Shown here one piece after another: positions 1 through 11,449 of a stretch of DNA of 64,000 bases. Under the pieces are notes generated by a model that worked only from the letters and a program-made list of their open reading frames with translations, searched no databases and was not told the origin of the DNA. Source of the DNA: Candidatus Omnitrophota bacterium. Lineage in GTDB: Bacteria; Omnitrophota; Gorgyraeia; Zapsychrales; JAHFFX01. Position 1 is the first letter of the stretch, and each line of letters starts with the position of its first letter. The stretch lies in NCBI GenBank assembly GCA_023247725.1, contig JAHFFW010000003.1:704-64703 (forward strand), given 5' to 3'. Made by a program: the position numbers and the translations under genes.

Positions 1-1
1 C

Positions 2-3000
2 TTAGTCGAAACCATTTTTGATACCTTAAATGCCAAGGCCGCATTTTTCGCGATTGAAAAGTTATTCGATGACCGCAAGCTCCGACTTCCGGTCATGGCC
101 TCGGTCACCTTCATTCAACCGGGAAATAACCGCGGGGTCACCGGCCAGACCGTTGAGGCCTTCTGGAATTCCATTTCGCATGTTCCTTTATTGAGCGTCG
201 GAATCAATTGTTCATTGGGTCCGAAAGAAATGCGGCCGCTCATCGAGGAGCTTTCCAATCGGGTGCCGGTCTATGTCAGCTGTTATCCGAATGCCGGTTT
301 GCCTAACCCGCTTTTGCCGACGGGATTTCCGGAAACTCCGCAGACGTTGGCTCCCCAATTAAAGGAGTGGGCCCAAAACGGCTGGCTCAATCTGGTAGGC
401 GGCTGCTGCGGGACAACTCCCGAGCATATCCAGTTGCTGGCAAGAGCGGTCGAGGGCATCAAGCCTCGGATTGTTCCCAAAACCGAAAAGTATTTGCGTT
501 TGAGTGGGCTCGATGCCTTAACGATCGGACCACAGACCAATTTCGTCAACATCGGCGAACGCACCAACGTTACGGGTTCACCGAAATTTTCTAAATTGAT
601 TTTGAACAATCAATACGAAGAAGCGCTAACGGTTGCCCGGCAACAGGTCGAAGGCGGTGCCCAGATCATTGACGTCAACATGGACGAGGCCATGCTCGAC
701 GGGGTAAAGGCCATGACCACCTTCTTAAATCTTATTGCGGTCGAATCAGACATCGCCCGCGTCCCTGTCATGATCGACAGCTCCAAATGGGAAGTCCTCG
801 AGGCCGGACTGCAATGCGTTCAAGGCAAGCCTGTGGTCAATTCGATCAGCTTAAAAGAAGGGGAAGCCAAATTCATCGAACAGGCCAAACTGATCCGGCG
901 TTATGGGGCGGCGGTCGTCGTCATGGCCTTTGATGAAAAAGGACAGGCGGACACAACCGAGCGCAAGATCGAAGTCTGTTCCCGCTCCTACAAGATTTTG
1001 ACCGAAAAAGTTGGCTTTCCGCCGGAGGACGTGATTTTCGATCCGAACATCCTGACGATTGCGACCGGTATCGAGGAACATAACAATTACGCGGTGAATT
1101 TTATCGAAGCGACTCGTTGGATCAAAACAAATCTTCCCTTTTGCAAGGTCTCCGGCGGGGTGAGCAATCTTTCTTTTTCATTTCGCGGCAATAACATCGT
1201 GCGCGAGGCTATGCACAGCGCCTTTCTCTATGACGCGATTAAGGCCGGCCTTGATATGGGCATCGTCAACACCGGACAACTGGCTGTTTATGAAGAAATC
1301 CCAAAGGATCTCCTCAAATTGGTGGAAGATGTGATCTTTAACCGGCATGCGGAGGCGACCAGCCGCCTGGTAGAATTTGCCGAAAACGTCCGACAGAAGG
1401 ATAAGACCAAAATAGAGACCGAGCTCTGGCGCACGACATCGGTTGAGGAACGATTAAAAGAGTCTCTCATTCGCGGCATCACGGACTTTATTGATCATGA
1501 TGTGGAAGAAGCCAGGGCCAAATACGGACATCCGCTCAAGGTGATTGAAGGACCGTTGATGGACGGAATGAATGTCGTCGGAGATTTATTTGGTTCCGGC
1601 AAGATGTTTCTGCCGCAGGTCGTCAAAAGCGCCCGGGTCATGAAAAAGGCGGTCGCGTATTTGTTGCCATTCATGGAACAAGAAAAGCTTTCGGCCAACG
1701 ACCACCGGCCCGCCGGCATCATCCTCACGGCAACCGTCAAAGGCGATGTGCATGATATTGGAAAAAATATCGTCGGCGTTGTTTTAGGCTGCAACAATTA
1801 CAAGATCATTGATCTGGGGGTGATGGTGCCCTGCGCCAAGATTTTAGAGGAAGCCCGAAAGCACAAAGTCGATATCATCGGCCTGAGTGGCTTAATTACG
1901 CCTTCTCTGGATGAGATGGCGCACGTCGCCAAAGAAATGAAACGGGAAGGATTCAACCTGCCTTTACTCATCGGCGGAGCCACGACCTCGGAGGTCCACA
2001 CCGCGGTCAAAATCGCACCGGAATATGATCATGGAGTGATCCACGTGCTCGACGCGTCGCGGGCGGTGGGCGTCGCGGGAAAATTGATGGCGCAATCCAA
2101 GGATGCTTATGTGAAGGAAATTGGCGAGAAATATCAAAACCTGCGCGATGCCCACCGCCGGCAAAAAGGTCAGGGTCAGTGGTTGTCCATTGAAGAGGCC
2201 AGACGAAATAAATTTGGAATCAATTGGATCAAGGAGCAGCCGACCAAGCCATCATTCCTGGGGCTCAAGGTCTTAAAGGATTATCCTCTATCCGCCTTAA
2301 GTCCGTTCATTGACTGGACCCCGTTTTTCCAGACCTGGGAATTAAAAGGGAGTTACCCTAAAATTTTTGCCGATCCTCAGGTGGGCAAGGAGGCCAAAAA
2401 TCTTTTTGACGATGCCCAGCGCTTGCTCGATCGCATCGTCGCTGAAAAGCTTTTGACGGCGCATGCAGTCATTGGCTTTTTCCCGGCCAACAGCATCCTT
2501 GATGACATCGAAGTCTATTCGGACGATTCCCGACGGAAAGTCTTAGCGATATTTTCCATGTTACGGCAGCAATCCGCCAAGTCAGCCGGCCAGCCGAATC
2601 TGTGCCTGGCGGATTTTGTCGCTCCTAAAGACTCGCAGGTCAAGGATTTTATCGGCGCATTTGCCGTGACTGCCGGGATTGGCATTGAAAGGCTTGTCGA
2701 ATCATTTGAAAAACATCATGACGATTATAACAGTATCCTGACAAAGGCGCTGGCAGATCGTCTGGCAGAAGCCTTTGCCGAACATTTGCATGCGCGGGTG
2801 CGTAAAGAATTCTGGGGTTACGCGCCCCAAGAGAACTTGAGCAACCAAGAACTCATCAAAGAAAAATATAAGGGGATTCGTCCGGCGCCCGGTTACCCCG
2901 CATGTCCGGATCACACCCACAAGAAAATCCTGTTCGAACTTTTACAGGCTGAAAAAAGTACGGGAATTGAATTGACCGAAAATTTTGCCATGTACCCGGC

Positions 3001-3169
3001 GGCATCTGTATGTGGTTTTTATTTTGCCCAGCCGCAGTCAAAATATTTTGGGGTCGGTAAAATTCAACGCGATCAGATCGAAGATTATGCCCGACGTGGG
3101 GGCGTGGATGTGAGCGCGGTCGAACGCCGGCTTTCCTTTCATCTGGCTTATGATCCTGCCCGCCTTTAG
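2..3169 (+). CDS. metH: B12-dependent methionine synthase, 5'-truncated by the window edge
   Basis: Frame is open from position 2 ([14 protein letters not shown]). Contains [21 protein letters not shown], the cobalamin motif [10 protein letters not shown], and the activation-domain motif [12 protein letters not shown]. Confidence 0.98.
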   Translation, partial: LVETIFDTLNAKAAFFAIEKLFDDRKLRLPVMASVTFIQPGNNRGVTGQTVEAFWNSISHVPLLSVGINCSLGPKEMRPLIEELSNRVPVYVSCYPNAGLPNPLLPTGFPETPQTLAPQLKEWAQNGWLNLVGGCCGTTPEHIQLLARAVEGIKPRIVPKTEKYLRLSGLDALTIGPQTNFVNIGERTNVTGSPKFSKLILNNQYEEALTVARQQVEGGAQIIDVNMDEAMLDGVKAMTTFLNLIAVESDIARVPVMIDSSKWEVLEAGLQCVQGKPVVNSISLKEGEAKFIEQAKLIRRYGAAVVVMAFDEKGQADTTERKIEVCSRSYKILTEKVGFPPEDVIFDPNILTIATGIEEHNNYAVNFIEATRWIKTNLPFCKVSGGVSNLSFSFRGNNIVREAMHSAFLYDAIKAGLDMGIVNTGQLAVYEEIPKDLLKLVEDVIFNRHAEATSRLVEFAENVRQKDKTKIETELWRTTSVEERLKESLIRGITDFIDHDVEEARAKYGHPLKVIEGPLMDGMNVVGDLFGSGKMFLPQVVKSARVMKKAVAYLLPFMEQEKLSANDHRPAGIILTATVKGDVHDIGKNIVGVVLGCNNYKIIDLGVMVPCAKILEEARKHKVDIIGLSGLITPSLDEMAHVAKEMKREGFNLPLLIGGATTSEVHTAVKIAPEYDHGVIHVLDASRAVGVAGKLMAQSKDAYVKEIGEKYQNLRDAHRRQKGQGQWLSIEEARRNKFGINWIKEQPTKPSFLGLKVLKDYPLSALSPFIDWTPFFQTWELKGSYPKIFADPQVGKEAKNLFDDAQRLLDRIVAEKLLTAHAVIGFFPANSILDDIEVYSDDSRRKVLAIFSMLRQQSAKSAGQPNLCLADFVAPKDSQVKDFIGAFAVTAGIGIERLVESFEKHHDDYNSILTKALADRLAEAFAEHLHARVRKEFWGYAPQENLSNQELIKEKYKGIRPAPGYPACPDHTHKKILFELLQAEKSTGIELTENFAMYPAASVCGFYFAQPQSKYFGVGKIQRDQIEDYARRGGVDVSAVERRLSFHLAYDPARL

Positions 3170-3180
3170 CGACCTCCTTC

Positions 3181-3209
3181 TTGCCTAAAATCCATTTCTC
3201 CATTATAAT
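3181..3209 (+). promoter_or_regulatory. sigma70-type promoter for nadA
   Basis: TTGCCT-17 bp-TATAAT. Confidence 0.6.
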
Positions 3210-3279
3210 TTCACACCAAAGGAAGGATTGAATTTTAATCCTTCCTCAGATATATTAAAGACGAAGGAAGGGAAAAGGC

Positions 3280-4311
3280 ATGCTGACCGCCGAAAAAATG
3301 ACCGCCTCCCACTTGTACGACATCCTTAAGCACATTAAGGTCGGGGGAAGCGTGTGTCATTATTCGCTTAAAAAATGTGAAGAGTTTGTGCCATTGATCA
3401 ATGAGATCAACGAACTCAAAGAAGAGAAAAAGGCCGTCATCCTGGCTCATTCCTACGTCAGCCCTGAGATCATCTACGGAGTGAGTGACTTTGTCGGGGA
3501 TTCCTACCAGCTCAGCAAAGACGCGATGTCAACCAACGTCAAAACGATCGTCTTTGCCGCGGTGCGGTTTATGGGCGAAACCGCGCAAATTCTAAACCCG
3601 GAGAAAGAGGTTCTCATTCCAGCCAGCGATGACGGCTGCACCTTGGCGGATTCGATCACAAACGAAAAAGTGCGGGAATTGCGTCTTCAGTTTCCGGATT
3701 ACACCTTTGTCTGCTACATCAATACGAGCGCCGCCGTCAAGGCCGAGTGCGATGTTTGCGTGACCTCCGCCAACGCTTATAAGGTCGTAGAACTCATTCC
3801 CAATGACAAAATCTATTTTCTGCCCGACCAAATGATGGGCATGAATATTCAGAATGCTTTTAAAGAAAAGGGAAGCAAAAAGGATATTCAATATTATTCT
3901 GGAACCTGTTACGTCCACGTCGAATACGGGGCTCAAGAGATTTTCAAAATCCGCACCGAGTATCCGGAGGTCAAGGTGATCAGCCATCCCGAATGCAGCC
4001 CGGCCGTCATCGCGAATTCTGATTTTGTCGGCAGCACGAATCAGATGCTGGATTATATGTTAAAGTCTTCAGACAAAGACTTCTTGATGCTGACCGAATG
4101 CGGTCTATCATCCCGACTGCAAGTGGAAATGCCTCACAAACGTTTAGTCGGATCTTGTACCTTATGCAAATTTATGAAGTCGAATGCCCTCGAGAATATC
4201 CTCCGGGTCCTCAAAAATCCCACCCGGAGAGACCGCGTGGAGATTCCCAAAGAAATCCAAGCCCGCGCCTTGAAATGTGTCGAGGCCATGTTCCGGTACA
4301 CGGAAGGCTAG
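3280..4311 (+). CDS. nadA: quinolinate synthase
   Basis: ILAHSY, DFVGDSYQL, VRFMGETA, GCTLADSI, CYINTSA, HPEC and CKFMK motifs. Confidence 0.95.
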   Translation: MLTAEKMTASHLYDILKHIKVGGSVCHYSLKKCEEFVPLINEINELKEEKKAVILAHSYVSPEIIYGVSDFVGDSYQLSKDAMSTNVKTIVFAAVRFMGETAQILNPEKEVLIPASDDGCTLADSITNEKVRELRLQFPDYTFVCYINTSAAVKAECDVCVTSANAYKVVELIPNDKIYFLPDQMMGMNIQNAFKEKGSKKDIQYYSGTCYVHVEYGAQEIFKIRTEYPEVKVISHPECSPAVIANSDFVGSTNQMLDYMLKSSDKDFLMLTECGLSSRLQVEMPHKRLVGSCTLCKFMKSNALENILRVLKNPTRRDRVEIPKEIQARALKCVEAMFRYTEG

Positions 4312-4357
4312 GACTATATCCTCCCAAGATTTCCTCTCTCAACGAACGCTGCGAAAA

Positions 4358-4387
4358 TTGACAGTCGCACACGGCGTATGCTATGAT
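4358..4387 (+). promoter_or_regulatory. sigma70-type promoter for metX-metW
   Basis: TTGACA-18 bp-TATGAT with a TGn extension. Confidence 0.6.
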
Positions 4388-4413
4388 CTCCGGTATTCTT
4401 TAACCGGAAAAAA

Positions 4414-5601
4414 ATGATGAACACCTCCTCGAGTCCTTCCGTGGATCTGCCCAGCGTCGGTACCGTTGAAGCGCAGTATTTTACCTGCTGCGAGCCAGCG
4501 AACGAATTGGTTCTCAAAAGCGGTTTAAAATTAGGACCGATCACCCTCGCGTACGAAACCTACGGACAGCTCAACGAAGACAAATCAAACGCCATTCTCA
4601 TCTGTCATACGCTGACGAGCGATGCTCACGCCGCCGGGTTTCATCCCGGTGACAAAAAACCCGGATGGTGGGAGGGAATGATTGGTCCCGGCAAGGCCTT
4701 TGATACCAACAAATATTTTGTTCTCTCCTCCAACGTGCTGGGAAGCTGCAAGGGGAGTACCGGTCCCGCCTCGATTAACCCGTCGACGAATAAACCTTAC
4801 GGATTGAGTCTGCCCTTTATCACGATTGAGGATATGGTCGCGGCGCAAAAAAAACTGGCCGATCATTTAGGGATTCGGAAATTTTTCTCAATCGCCGGGG
4901 GATCGATGGGGGGATTGCAGGCCCTCATTTGGGCGGTTCACTATCCCGAGGCAATTCATTCCGCCATTCTTATTGCCACGAACTACCGCCATACCGCCCA
5001 ACAAATCGCTTTGCATGAGGTGGGACGTCAAGCCATTATGTCGGATTCGGATTGGCAAAATGGGGATTATTATGGAAAAACAATTCCCGCAAAAGGATTG
5101 GCCTTGGCCCGCATGATTGGCCATATCACGTACATGAGCGACAAGTCCATGGATGAAAAATTCGGCCGTAAACTCATCGGTAAAGAAAAACTCGGCTATG
5201 ACTTTTCTCACGATTTTGAAGTGGAAAACTATCTGAAATACCGGGCGAGCAATTTTGTGCAGCGCTTCGATGCGAATTCCTATCTTTACATATCCAAGGC
5301 GTTGGATTATTTTGATCTCGCTGAAGATGGAGAATTGACTGACAAATTTAAAAAAACCCTGGCGCATTTTCTGGTCATTTCGTTCACCTCGGATTGGCTT
5401 TATCCGTCGTACCAATCCAAGGAACTCGTCCGCGCGCTTAAGGCCAACGATCTGGACGTGTCCGATTGCGAAATCAATTCCACTTACGGCCATGATGCGT
5501 TTCTGGTGGAAATCGAAAGCCAATCTAAACTCGTCAAACATTTTTTGAATCGTCTGCAAAAAGAGAAGTCCCATGGACCCAGCCCTAACCCCTCGATTTG
5601 A
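4414..5601 (+). CDS. metX: homoserine O-acetyltransferase
   Basis: Alpha/beta hydrolase with GGSMGG nucleophile, RFDANSY and YGHDAFL; followed by metW. Confidence 0.95.
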   Translation: MMNTSSSPSVDLPSVGTVEAQYFTCCEPANELVLKSGLKLGPITLAYETYGQLNEDKSNAILICHTLTSDAHAAGFHPGDKKPGWWEGMIGPGKAFDTNKYFVLSSNVLGSCKGSTGPASINPSTNKPYGLSLPFITIEDMVAAQKKLADHLGIRKFFSIAGGSMGGLQALIWAVHYPEAIHSAILIATNYRHTAQQIALHEVGRQAIMSDSDWQNGDYYGKTIPAKGLALARMIGHITYMSDKSMDEKFGRKLIGKEKLGYDFSHDFEVENYLKYRASNFVQRFDANSYLYISKALDYFDLAEDGELTDKFKKTLAHFLVISFTSDWLYPSYQSKELVRALKANDLDVSDCEINSTYGHDAFLVEIESQSKLVKHFLNRLQKEKSHGPSPNPSI

Positions 5602-6178
5602 TCATCAGATCATTGCTGGCCTCATTGAACCAAATTCCCGGGTCCTTGACCTGGGCTGTGGCAATGGGGAATTGTTGGCACTCTTGACCAAGGAAAAATC
5701 CATCAAGGGCACGGGGATCGAAATCAATGAGAAGGCCATCTACCATTGCATGGAAAAAGGGCTAACGGTTTCTCATGCCGACATTGATTCCGGCCTCGTC
5801 GATTATTCCAACAAACGTTTTGATTATGTGATCTTAAATGAAAGTTTGCAGGAAGTCTTAAATCCTGACAAGGTGATCATCGAGGCTTTGCGGGTTGGAA
5901 AAGAAGTTATCGTCGGAATTCCGAATTTTTGCCATATCCGAGCCCGCTGGCAAATTTTTTTACAAGGCCGGGTGCCGGTGACCAAGGAATTGCCTTACCA
6001 ATGGTACAACACGCCCAATTTGCGTTTTTTGAGCCTTAAGGATTTTCATCATTTTTGCCAAATAAAGGGCATCACCATTGAAAAAAAAATTGCCCTTTCC
6101 AACCATCACCGCATCATCCATTTTAAGCCCAACCTTTTTGCGCATACGGGAATTTATCTTTTAAGCAAGAATGTTTAA
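5573..6178 (+). CDS. metW: methionine biosynthesis protein MetW
   Basis: SAM motif VLDLGCGNG and [12 protein letters not shown]; overlaps metX. Confidence 0.93.
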   Translation: MDPALTPRFDHQIIAGLIEPNSRVLDLGCGNGELLALLTKEKSIKGTGIEINEKAIYHCMEKGLTVSHADIDSGLVDYSNKRFDYVILNESLQEVLNPDKVIIEALRVGKEVIVGIPNFCHIRARWQIFLQGRVPVTKELPYQWYNTPNLRFLSLKDFHHFCQIKGITIEKKIALSNHHRIIHFKPNLFAHTGIYLLSKNV

Positions 6179-6181
6179 AGC

Positions 6182-7378
6182 ATGAAACAGAAGTATGATT
6201 TTCTTATTATAGGCTCGGGAATCATAGGCCTGACGATCGCGCATGCCATCAAACGCAAAGAGCCGATGGCTTCTATCTTGATTATAGAGAAAGAGAAGGA
6301 CGTGGCATGCCACGCCTCCGGACGCAATAGCGGTGTCTTGCATGCGGGATTTTATTACACCGCCGATAGCCTCAAAGCCAAATTTACCATCGCCGGTAAC
6401 CGCCTCATGAAAGAATACTGCCGGGCGAAGAAACTTCCTATCAATGAATGCGGAAAACTGGTCGTCGCCTCCAATGCCAACGAACTCACGAGCCTTTTTG
6501 AACTGGAAAAACGCGGCAAGGCCAATGGTTCGAATATCTGCATCATCTCAGAAAAAGAGGCCATGACCAAGGAGCCCAATGTCCGAACCCATCAATACGC
6601 CTTGTTCTCGCCAGAAACGGCGAGTATTGATCCCGTCGCTGTATGCCAGAGCTTAAAAAGTGATTTGAAAGAATCCGGCGTGGAATTCCGGTTCCAGACT
6701 TCCTATCTTGCTCACGATCATAACGTCGTCAAAACAAACCAAGGCGAACTATCGGCGACCAAAATCATCAATTGTGCCGGACTCTATGCTGACAAACTCG
6801 CCAAGGATTTTGGTTATGGACACCAGTATACGATGATCCCCTTTAAAGGACTTTACCTCAAATATACAAAAAATAAAACCGATGTAAAAATGCACATTTA
6901 TCCAGTGCCTAATCTCAAAAATCCCTTTCTCGGCGTCCATTTTACCATCACGGTCCGACAAGAAATCAAAATTGGGCCTACCGCCATTCCGGCCTTGTGG
7001 CGAGAAAATTACAACGGATTCGACAATTTTCAAATCACAGAATTAATCCATATCTTAAATCATGAGACCAGACTTTATCTGACCAATGCATTTGGATTCC
7101 GGGAGCTCGCTCACACAGAGATAAAAAAATATAATAAAAGTTATTTTATCAACCTCGCCTTGCAGATGGTTCAAAAGATTGACCCGAACGGATTCACCGA
7201 GTTCACTTCTCCCGGCATTCGGGCCCAATTATTGGACACCCGGGAAAATCGACTTGTTCAGGACTTTATTGTGGAAGGTGATCGAGACAGTGTGCATGTT
7301 CTGAACGCGGTGTCGCCGGCTTTCACCTGTGCGTTTCCATTTACTGAGTTTGTTGTCAACAAGTATATCCTTATATAA
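6182..7378 (+). CDS. lhgO: L-2-hydroxyglutarate oxidase-like FAD oxidoreductase
   Basis: GSGIIG FAD motif, GRNSGVLHAGFYY, PFLGVHFT, GIRAQ, LNAVSPAFT. Confidence 0.85.
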   Translation: MKQKYDFLIIGSGIIGLTIAHAIKRKEPMASILIIEKEKDVACHASGRNSGVLHAGFYYTADSLKAKFTIAGNRLMKEYCRAKKLPINECGKLVVASNANELTSLFELEKRGKANGSNICIISEKEAMTKEPNVRTHQYALFSPETASIDPVAVCQSLKSDLKESGVEFRFQTSYLAHDHNVVKTNQGELSATKIINCAGLYADKLAKDFGYGHQYTMIPFKGLYLKYTKNKTDVKMHIYPVPNLKNPFLGVHFTITVRQEIKIGPTAIPALWRENYNGFDNFQITELIHILNHETRLYLTNAFGFRELAHTEIKKYNKSYFINLALQMVQKIDPNGFTEFTSPGIRAQLLDTRENRLVQDFIVEGDRDSVHVLNAVSPAFTCAFPFTEFVVNKYILI

Positions 7379-7411
7379 GCACATGATGTGCGGATATTTT
7401 TCAAAAAACAG

Positions 7412-7521
7412 ATTTAACGCGGATAATGCAGATTGCACGCAGATGGTCGCGGATTCAATCAGCGAAAATCTGCGCCCGCCTGCCGGCAGGCAGGTTTGAT
7501 CCGCGTGAATCTGCGTTAAAT
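7412..7521. repeat. imperfect palindromic intergenic element with a nested 20-bp palindrome
   Basis: Ends are ATTTAACGCGGAT and ATCTGCGTTAAAT; internal (A)CGCAGAT / ATCTGCG units; CCCGCCTGCCGGCAGGCAGG at 7475-7494. Confidence 0.85.
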
Positions 7522-7578
7522 AAAAAACCCGCACACAGCGTATAAGCTCAATATTTATAGCTATTTAAAGCCTATTGC

Positions 7579-7636
7579 CAAAATAAGTTATATTTTGAAG
7601 TATTTTGCTTGACACTTAAGGCTTTTGATTTAAAAT
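7579..7636 (+). promoter_or_regulatory. promoter of the nifU-suf operon with an upstream palindromic candidate operator
   Basis: TTGACA (7609)-16 bp-TAAAAT; CAAAATA-N5-TATTTTG at 7579-7597. Confidence 0.5.
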
Positions 7637-7674
7637 TAAAGCGGAACTAACGTCATTTCTTGAAAGGGAATACG

Positions 7675-8238
7675 ATGGAAGCCAGTGATATCCGCATGCA
7701 AGTCCAAAGCACCCCAAATCCGAATGCCTTAAAATTTGTCTTAAGCGTTCCGGTCAAAGCCGAAGGCAAGATCACCTATAAAAGCGCTGAGGAATGTCAT
7801 ACCAATCCGTTGGCGCGGCAACTTTTTAGCATTCCCCATGTGACCGAAGTTTTTTTCTTTGAAAACTATATCACCGTCACTCAAGATGGCAACGGCGATT
7901 GGGATGTTTTGGAAGAACAAGTTCGATCGAAGATCATGGATAATATCAAAACGCACGATCCGCATTTTAAAACGGAAGAGGCCAAGAAACCCGCCAGCCT
8001 CGCGGCCAGCCCAGAGCTGGCGAGGATCGAACAAATTCTGGATGATACAGTGCGACCAGCGCTACAAGCAGATGGTGGAGATTTGCAAATTTTGGGACTA
8101 GAGGGAAACACGCTCATGATCAATTATCAAGGAGCTTGCGGTTCATGTCCCAGCGCAACGATGGGAACTCTAAAAGCCATTGAAAATCTTCTAAGAGAAG
8201 AATATAACCCGAATATTGTTGTGCAAATGACGCAATAG
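7675..8238 (+). CDS. Nfu/NifU-family Fe-S carrier (Nfu_N + NifU_C)
   Basis: TPNPNALKF at the N-terminus; VRPALQADGGD and GACGSCPS. Confidence 0.92.
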   Translation: MEASDIRMQVQSTPNPNALKFVLSVPVKAEGKITYKSAEECHTNPLARQLFSIPHVTEVFFFENYITVTQDGNGDWDVLEEQVRSKIMDNIKTHDPHFKTEEAKKPASLAASPELARIEQILDDTVRPALQADGGDLQILGLEGNTLMINYQGACGSCPSATMGTLKAIENLLREEYNPNIVVQMTQ

Positions 8239-8265
8239 TTATGAGGAAGGAAAGGGAGGTGCCAT

Positions 8266-8628
8266 ATGGTAGCGGAGTCCCAAGAGCTCATTTACAAAAG
8301 ATGCCGTCCCTGTGAAGGGATGGGACAACCTTTGAACGCTGAACAGGCACAAGAATATCTAAAAGATTTACCGCAGTGGAAACTCAACGCCAATTCCCGC
8401 ACGATTTGCCGTGAATATGTGATGAAAAATTTTATGGCCACCATCCGCCTGATCAATTCCATTGCCAAGATCGCAGAAGAAGAAAATCATCACCCGGATT
8501 TGCATTTGACCGGCTATCGCCGATTGAAAGTGGAACTCAGCACGCACGCCATCGGCGGGTTATCCGAAAATGATTTCATTGAAGCGGCAAAAATAAATCT
8601 GCTTCCTGCCGAAACCAAGGAATCATGA
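8266..8628 (+). CDS. phhB: pterin-4-alpha-carbinolamine dehydratase
   Basis: CRPCEG, AEEENHHPDL, STHAIGGLSENDFI. Confidence 0.92.
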   Translation: MVAESQELIYKRCRPCEGMGQPLNAEQAQEYLKDLPQWKLNANSRTICREYVMKNFMATIRLINSIAKIAEEENHHPDLHLTGYRRLKVELSTHAIGGLSENDFIEAAKINLLPAETKES

Positions 8629-8698
8629 TTTGGATGGAAAAACTTTTAAAAGTCTTGAACCCATCCACCTCAAGATTTGATTCAACCGGAAATTGTGT

Positions 8699-9187
8699 AT
8701 GTTTAAAATCAATCGCAAAATAGAATACGCCCTCATCTCGCTTAAACATATGACGGCAAAAAAACCGGGGCAGTTGACCAGCGCTAAAGAAATTTGTGAT
8801 CTTTACCGTACGCCTTTCGATCCCACGTCTCGGGTGCTTCAACTCATGGCTCAGCAAGGCATTATCAAGGCGGAACACGGTGCCCATGGAGGGTATCTCA
8901 TTACCAAAGATCTTTCTCGCGTCACCTTTAGTGAATTGGTCAATATGATTACCGGACCTATCCAATTGGCTAACTGTTTTCATGGCAACTATTCGCATTG
9001 CGATTTAACGAGCAATTGCAATGTCATATCGCCGATGCTCAATTTGAATGAACGCATGAGCCAACTCTTTAAAAATATCACCATCGCCGAATTGATCGCG
9101 GCTCGCCATATAGCGGAAGGTAAGATCAAATTAAAACCTTTTGCCAAAACCATAAACGCCGAGGTTGGCGCAACCAACGAAGCTTAA
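8699..9187 (+). CDS. Rrf2/IscR-family transcriptional regulator
   Basis: EYALISL, wHTH wing GAHGGY, and three Cys ([15 protein letters not shown]); precedes sufB. Confidence 0.88.
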   Translation: MFKINRKIEYALISLKHMTAKKPGQLTSAKEICDLYRTPFDPTSRVLQLMAQQGIIKAEHGAHGGYLITKDLSRVTFSELVNMITGPIQLANCFHGNYSHCDLTSNCNVISPMLNLNERMSQLFKNITIAELIAARHIAEGKIKLKPFAKTINAEVGATNEA

Positions 9188-9197
9188 AAATCCTAAA

Positions 9198-10643
9198 ATG
9201 ACAAAAACCACTCAACAAGACGAACTGACCCAGCGGGAATACAAATACGGGTTTGTCACGGATATCGAAACCGAACAATTTCCCAAGGGTCTCAACGAAG
9301 AGATTATTCGTTTGCTTTCCGAAAGAAAGAAAGAGCCAGCCTGGATGTTGGAATGGAGGCTCAAGGCCTACCGCCATTGGACGACCATGAAAGAACCGCA
9401 CTGGGCCAATATCCATTATGATCCGATCGATTATCAAGCCGTGACCTATTACTCTGCGCCCAAAAAAGGCAAAGATAAAGCCCAAAGTTTAGAGGAAGTG
9501 GATCAAGAACTCTTAAAAACCTTTGAGCGGCTCGGGATCCCTTTGTCGGAACAAAAACGGCTGACCGGTGTTGCCGTCGATGCTGTCTTTGACAGCGTGT
9601 CGGTTGCAACCACCCATCAATCCGAATTAGCCAAATTGGGCATCATTTTCTGCTCCATGTCGGAAGCCATCTCCCATCACCCCGAATTAGTAAAAAAGTA
9701 CATGGGCTCTGTTGTGCCTTATTCGGATAATTTTTTTGCGACGCTCAACTCAGCGGTGTTTAGCGACGGTTCTTTCTGCTACATCCCAAAGAGCGTGCGC
9801 TGTCCCTTGGAATTATCCACGTATTTCCGGATCAATGCGGCCGATTCCGGTCAATTCGAAAGAACCTTAATCGTTGCCGAAGATGATAGCTATGTGAGTT
9901 ATCTGGAAGGCTGCACCGCTCCTATGCGCGAACGCAACCAGTTGCACGCGGCCGTCGTCGAATTGATTGCACTCAATAACGCGGAGATCAAGTATTCCAC
10001 CGTACAGAACTGGTATTCCGGGGATAAAGAGGGACGGGGAGGGATTTATAACTTCGTCACCAAGCGCGGCAAGTGCGTTGGAGTCAATTCAAAAATTTCT
10101 TGGACTCAGGTGGAAGCAGGAGCGGCGATTACCTGGAAATATCCCAGTGTCATTTTGCAGGGAGATCATTCGGTTGGTAAATTCTATTCGGTCGCCTTGA
10201 CCAACAATCGCATGCAGGCCGATACCGGCACCAAAATGATCCATATCGGAAAGAACACGAAAAGCACAATTATTTCTAAAGGAATTTCCACCGACCACTC
10301 CAACAATAATTATCGCGGTCTGGTCAAGATTCTTCCATCGGCTGATGGTGCGCGCAATTTCTCTCAGTGCGACTCGATGCTCGTGGGCAACAATTGCAGC
10401 GCTAATACATTTCCTTATATTGAAGTCCGAAATACAACCGCCGTGATGGAGCATGAGGCCTCGACCTCGAAGATCAGTGCGGAACAGCTGTTTTATCTGC
10501 GTTCCCGCGGACTCGATCTGGAAGGAGCCGTGTCACTCATCATCAACGGCTTTTGTAAGGAAGTCTTTAAGGAATTGCCCCTGGAATTTTCCGTTGAAGC
10601 AGTTCGGCTTTTGGAAATGAAACTCGAAGGCAGTGTCGGCTAA
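9198..10643 (+). CDS. sufB: Fe-S cluster assembly protein SufB
   Basis: [43 protein letters not shown]. Confidence 0.98.
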   Translation: MTKTTQQDELTQREYKYGFVTDIETEQFPKGLNEEIIRLLSERKKEPAWMLEWRLKAYRHWTTMKEPHWANIHYDPIDYQAVTYYSAPKKGKDKAQSLEEVDQELLKTFERLGIPLSEQKRLTGVAVDAVFDSVSVATTHQSELAKLGIIFCSMSEAISHHPELVKKYMGSVVPYSDNFFATLNSAVFSDGSFCYIPKSVRCPLELSTYFRINAADSGQFERTLIVAEDDSYVSYLEGCTAPMRERNQLHAAVVELIALNNAEIKYSTVQNWYSGDKEGRGGIYNFVTKRGKCVGVNSKISWTQVEAGAAITWKYPSVILQGDHSVGKFYSVALTNNRMQADTGTKMIHIGKNTKSTIISKGISTDHSNNNYRGLVKILPSADGARNFSQCDSMLVGNNCSANTFPYIEVRNTTAVMEHEASTSKISAEQLFYLRSRGLDLEGAVSLIINGFCKEVFKELPLEFSVEAVRLLEMKLEGSVG

Positions 10644-10675
10644 TTCTTACCAAATAAAATAAAAAGGTGCCCGCA

Positions 10676-11422
10676 ATGTTAGAAATCAAGGATCTGCATG
10701 TGCAGGTCAATGGCGTTCCCATTTTGAATGGTCTTCATCTAACCGTTAATCCCGGCGAGGTGCATGCCATCATGGGGCCCAACGGTTCTGGAAAAAGTAC
10801 GCTGGCAAAGGTCATTGCTGGCCATCCGGAATACGAAGTGACCAAAGGAACAATCGAATATGAGGTCAACTTCAAAAAGATCAACCTGCTCGAAATGGAA
10901 CCCGATGAACGAGCCAAGGAAGGTGTTTTCCTCGCTTTTCAATATCCAGTGGAAATTCCCGGCGTCAATACGGCGGTTTTCTTGAGAGCCGCGTTCAATG
11001 AATTGTGCCGGCATCAGGGAGCGGAGGAGATGGACCCGATTGAATTTGACGAATTCCTTCGATCAAAGCTAACCCTCTTGAACATGGAAGAGAAGGTCAT
11101 CAATCGCCCGGTGAATGTGGATTTTTCGGGAGGCGAAAAAAAACGAAATGAAATTTTACAAATGGCCGTCTTGAATCCGCGTTTAGCGGTTTTGGATGAA
11201 ACCGATTCCGGACTCGACATTGACGCGCTGCGCATCGTGGCCGAGGGCGTTAACAAACTCAAACGCAAGGACAATGCTGTTATCCTCATTACGCATTACC
11301 AAAGAATCTTGAATTATATTGTCCCGGACTTTGTACACATCCTCTCCAATGGCCGGATCGTCCGCTCTTCCGGCAAAGAATTGGCTTTGGAAGTGGAAGA
11401 ACGCGGATATGATTGGCTTTAG
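10676..11422 (+). CDS. sufC: Fe-S cluster assembly ATPase SufC (alternative GTG start at 10667)
   Basis: GPNGSGKSTL, FSGGEKKRNE, LDETDSGLDIDAL. Confidence 0.98.
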   Translation: MLEIKDLHVQVNGVPILNGLHLTVNPGEVHAIMGPNGSGKSTLAKVIAGHPEYEVTKGTIEYEVNFKKINLLEMEPDERAKEGVFLAFQYPVEIPGVNTAVFLRAAFNELCRHQGAEEMDPIEFDEFLRSKLTLLNMEEKVINRPVNVDFSGGEKKRNEILQMAVLNPRLAVLDETDSGLDIDALRIVAEGVNKLKRKDNAVILITHYQRILNYIVPDFVHILSNGRIVRSSGKELALEVEERGYDWL

Positions 11423-11449
11423 TTAATCTCCTAAGAAATAATCTTAACC

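Noticed and set aside
4312-4413. SAM riboswitch upstream of metX
   Set aside because: The promoter leaves only about 20 nt of leader and no S-box core is visible.
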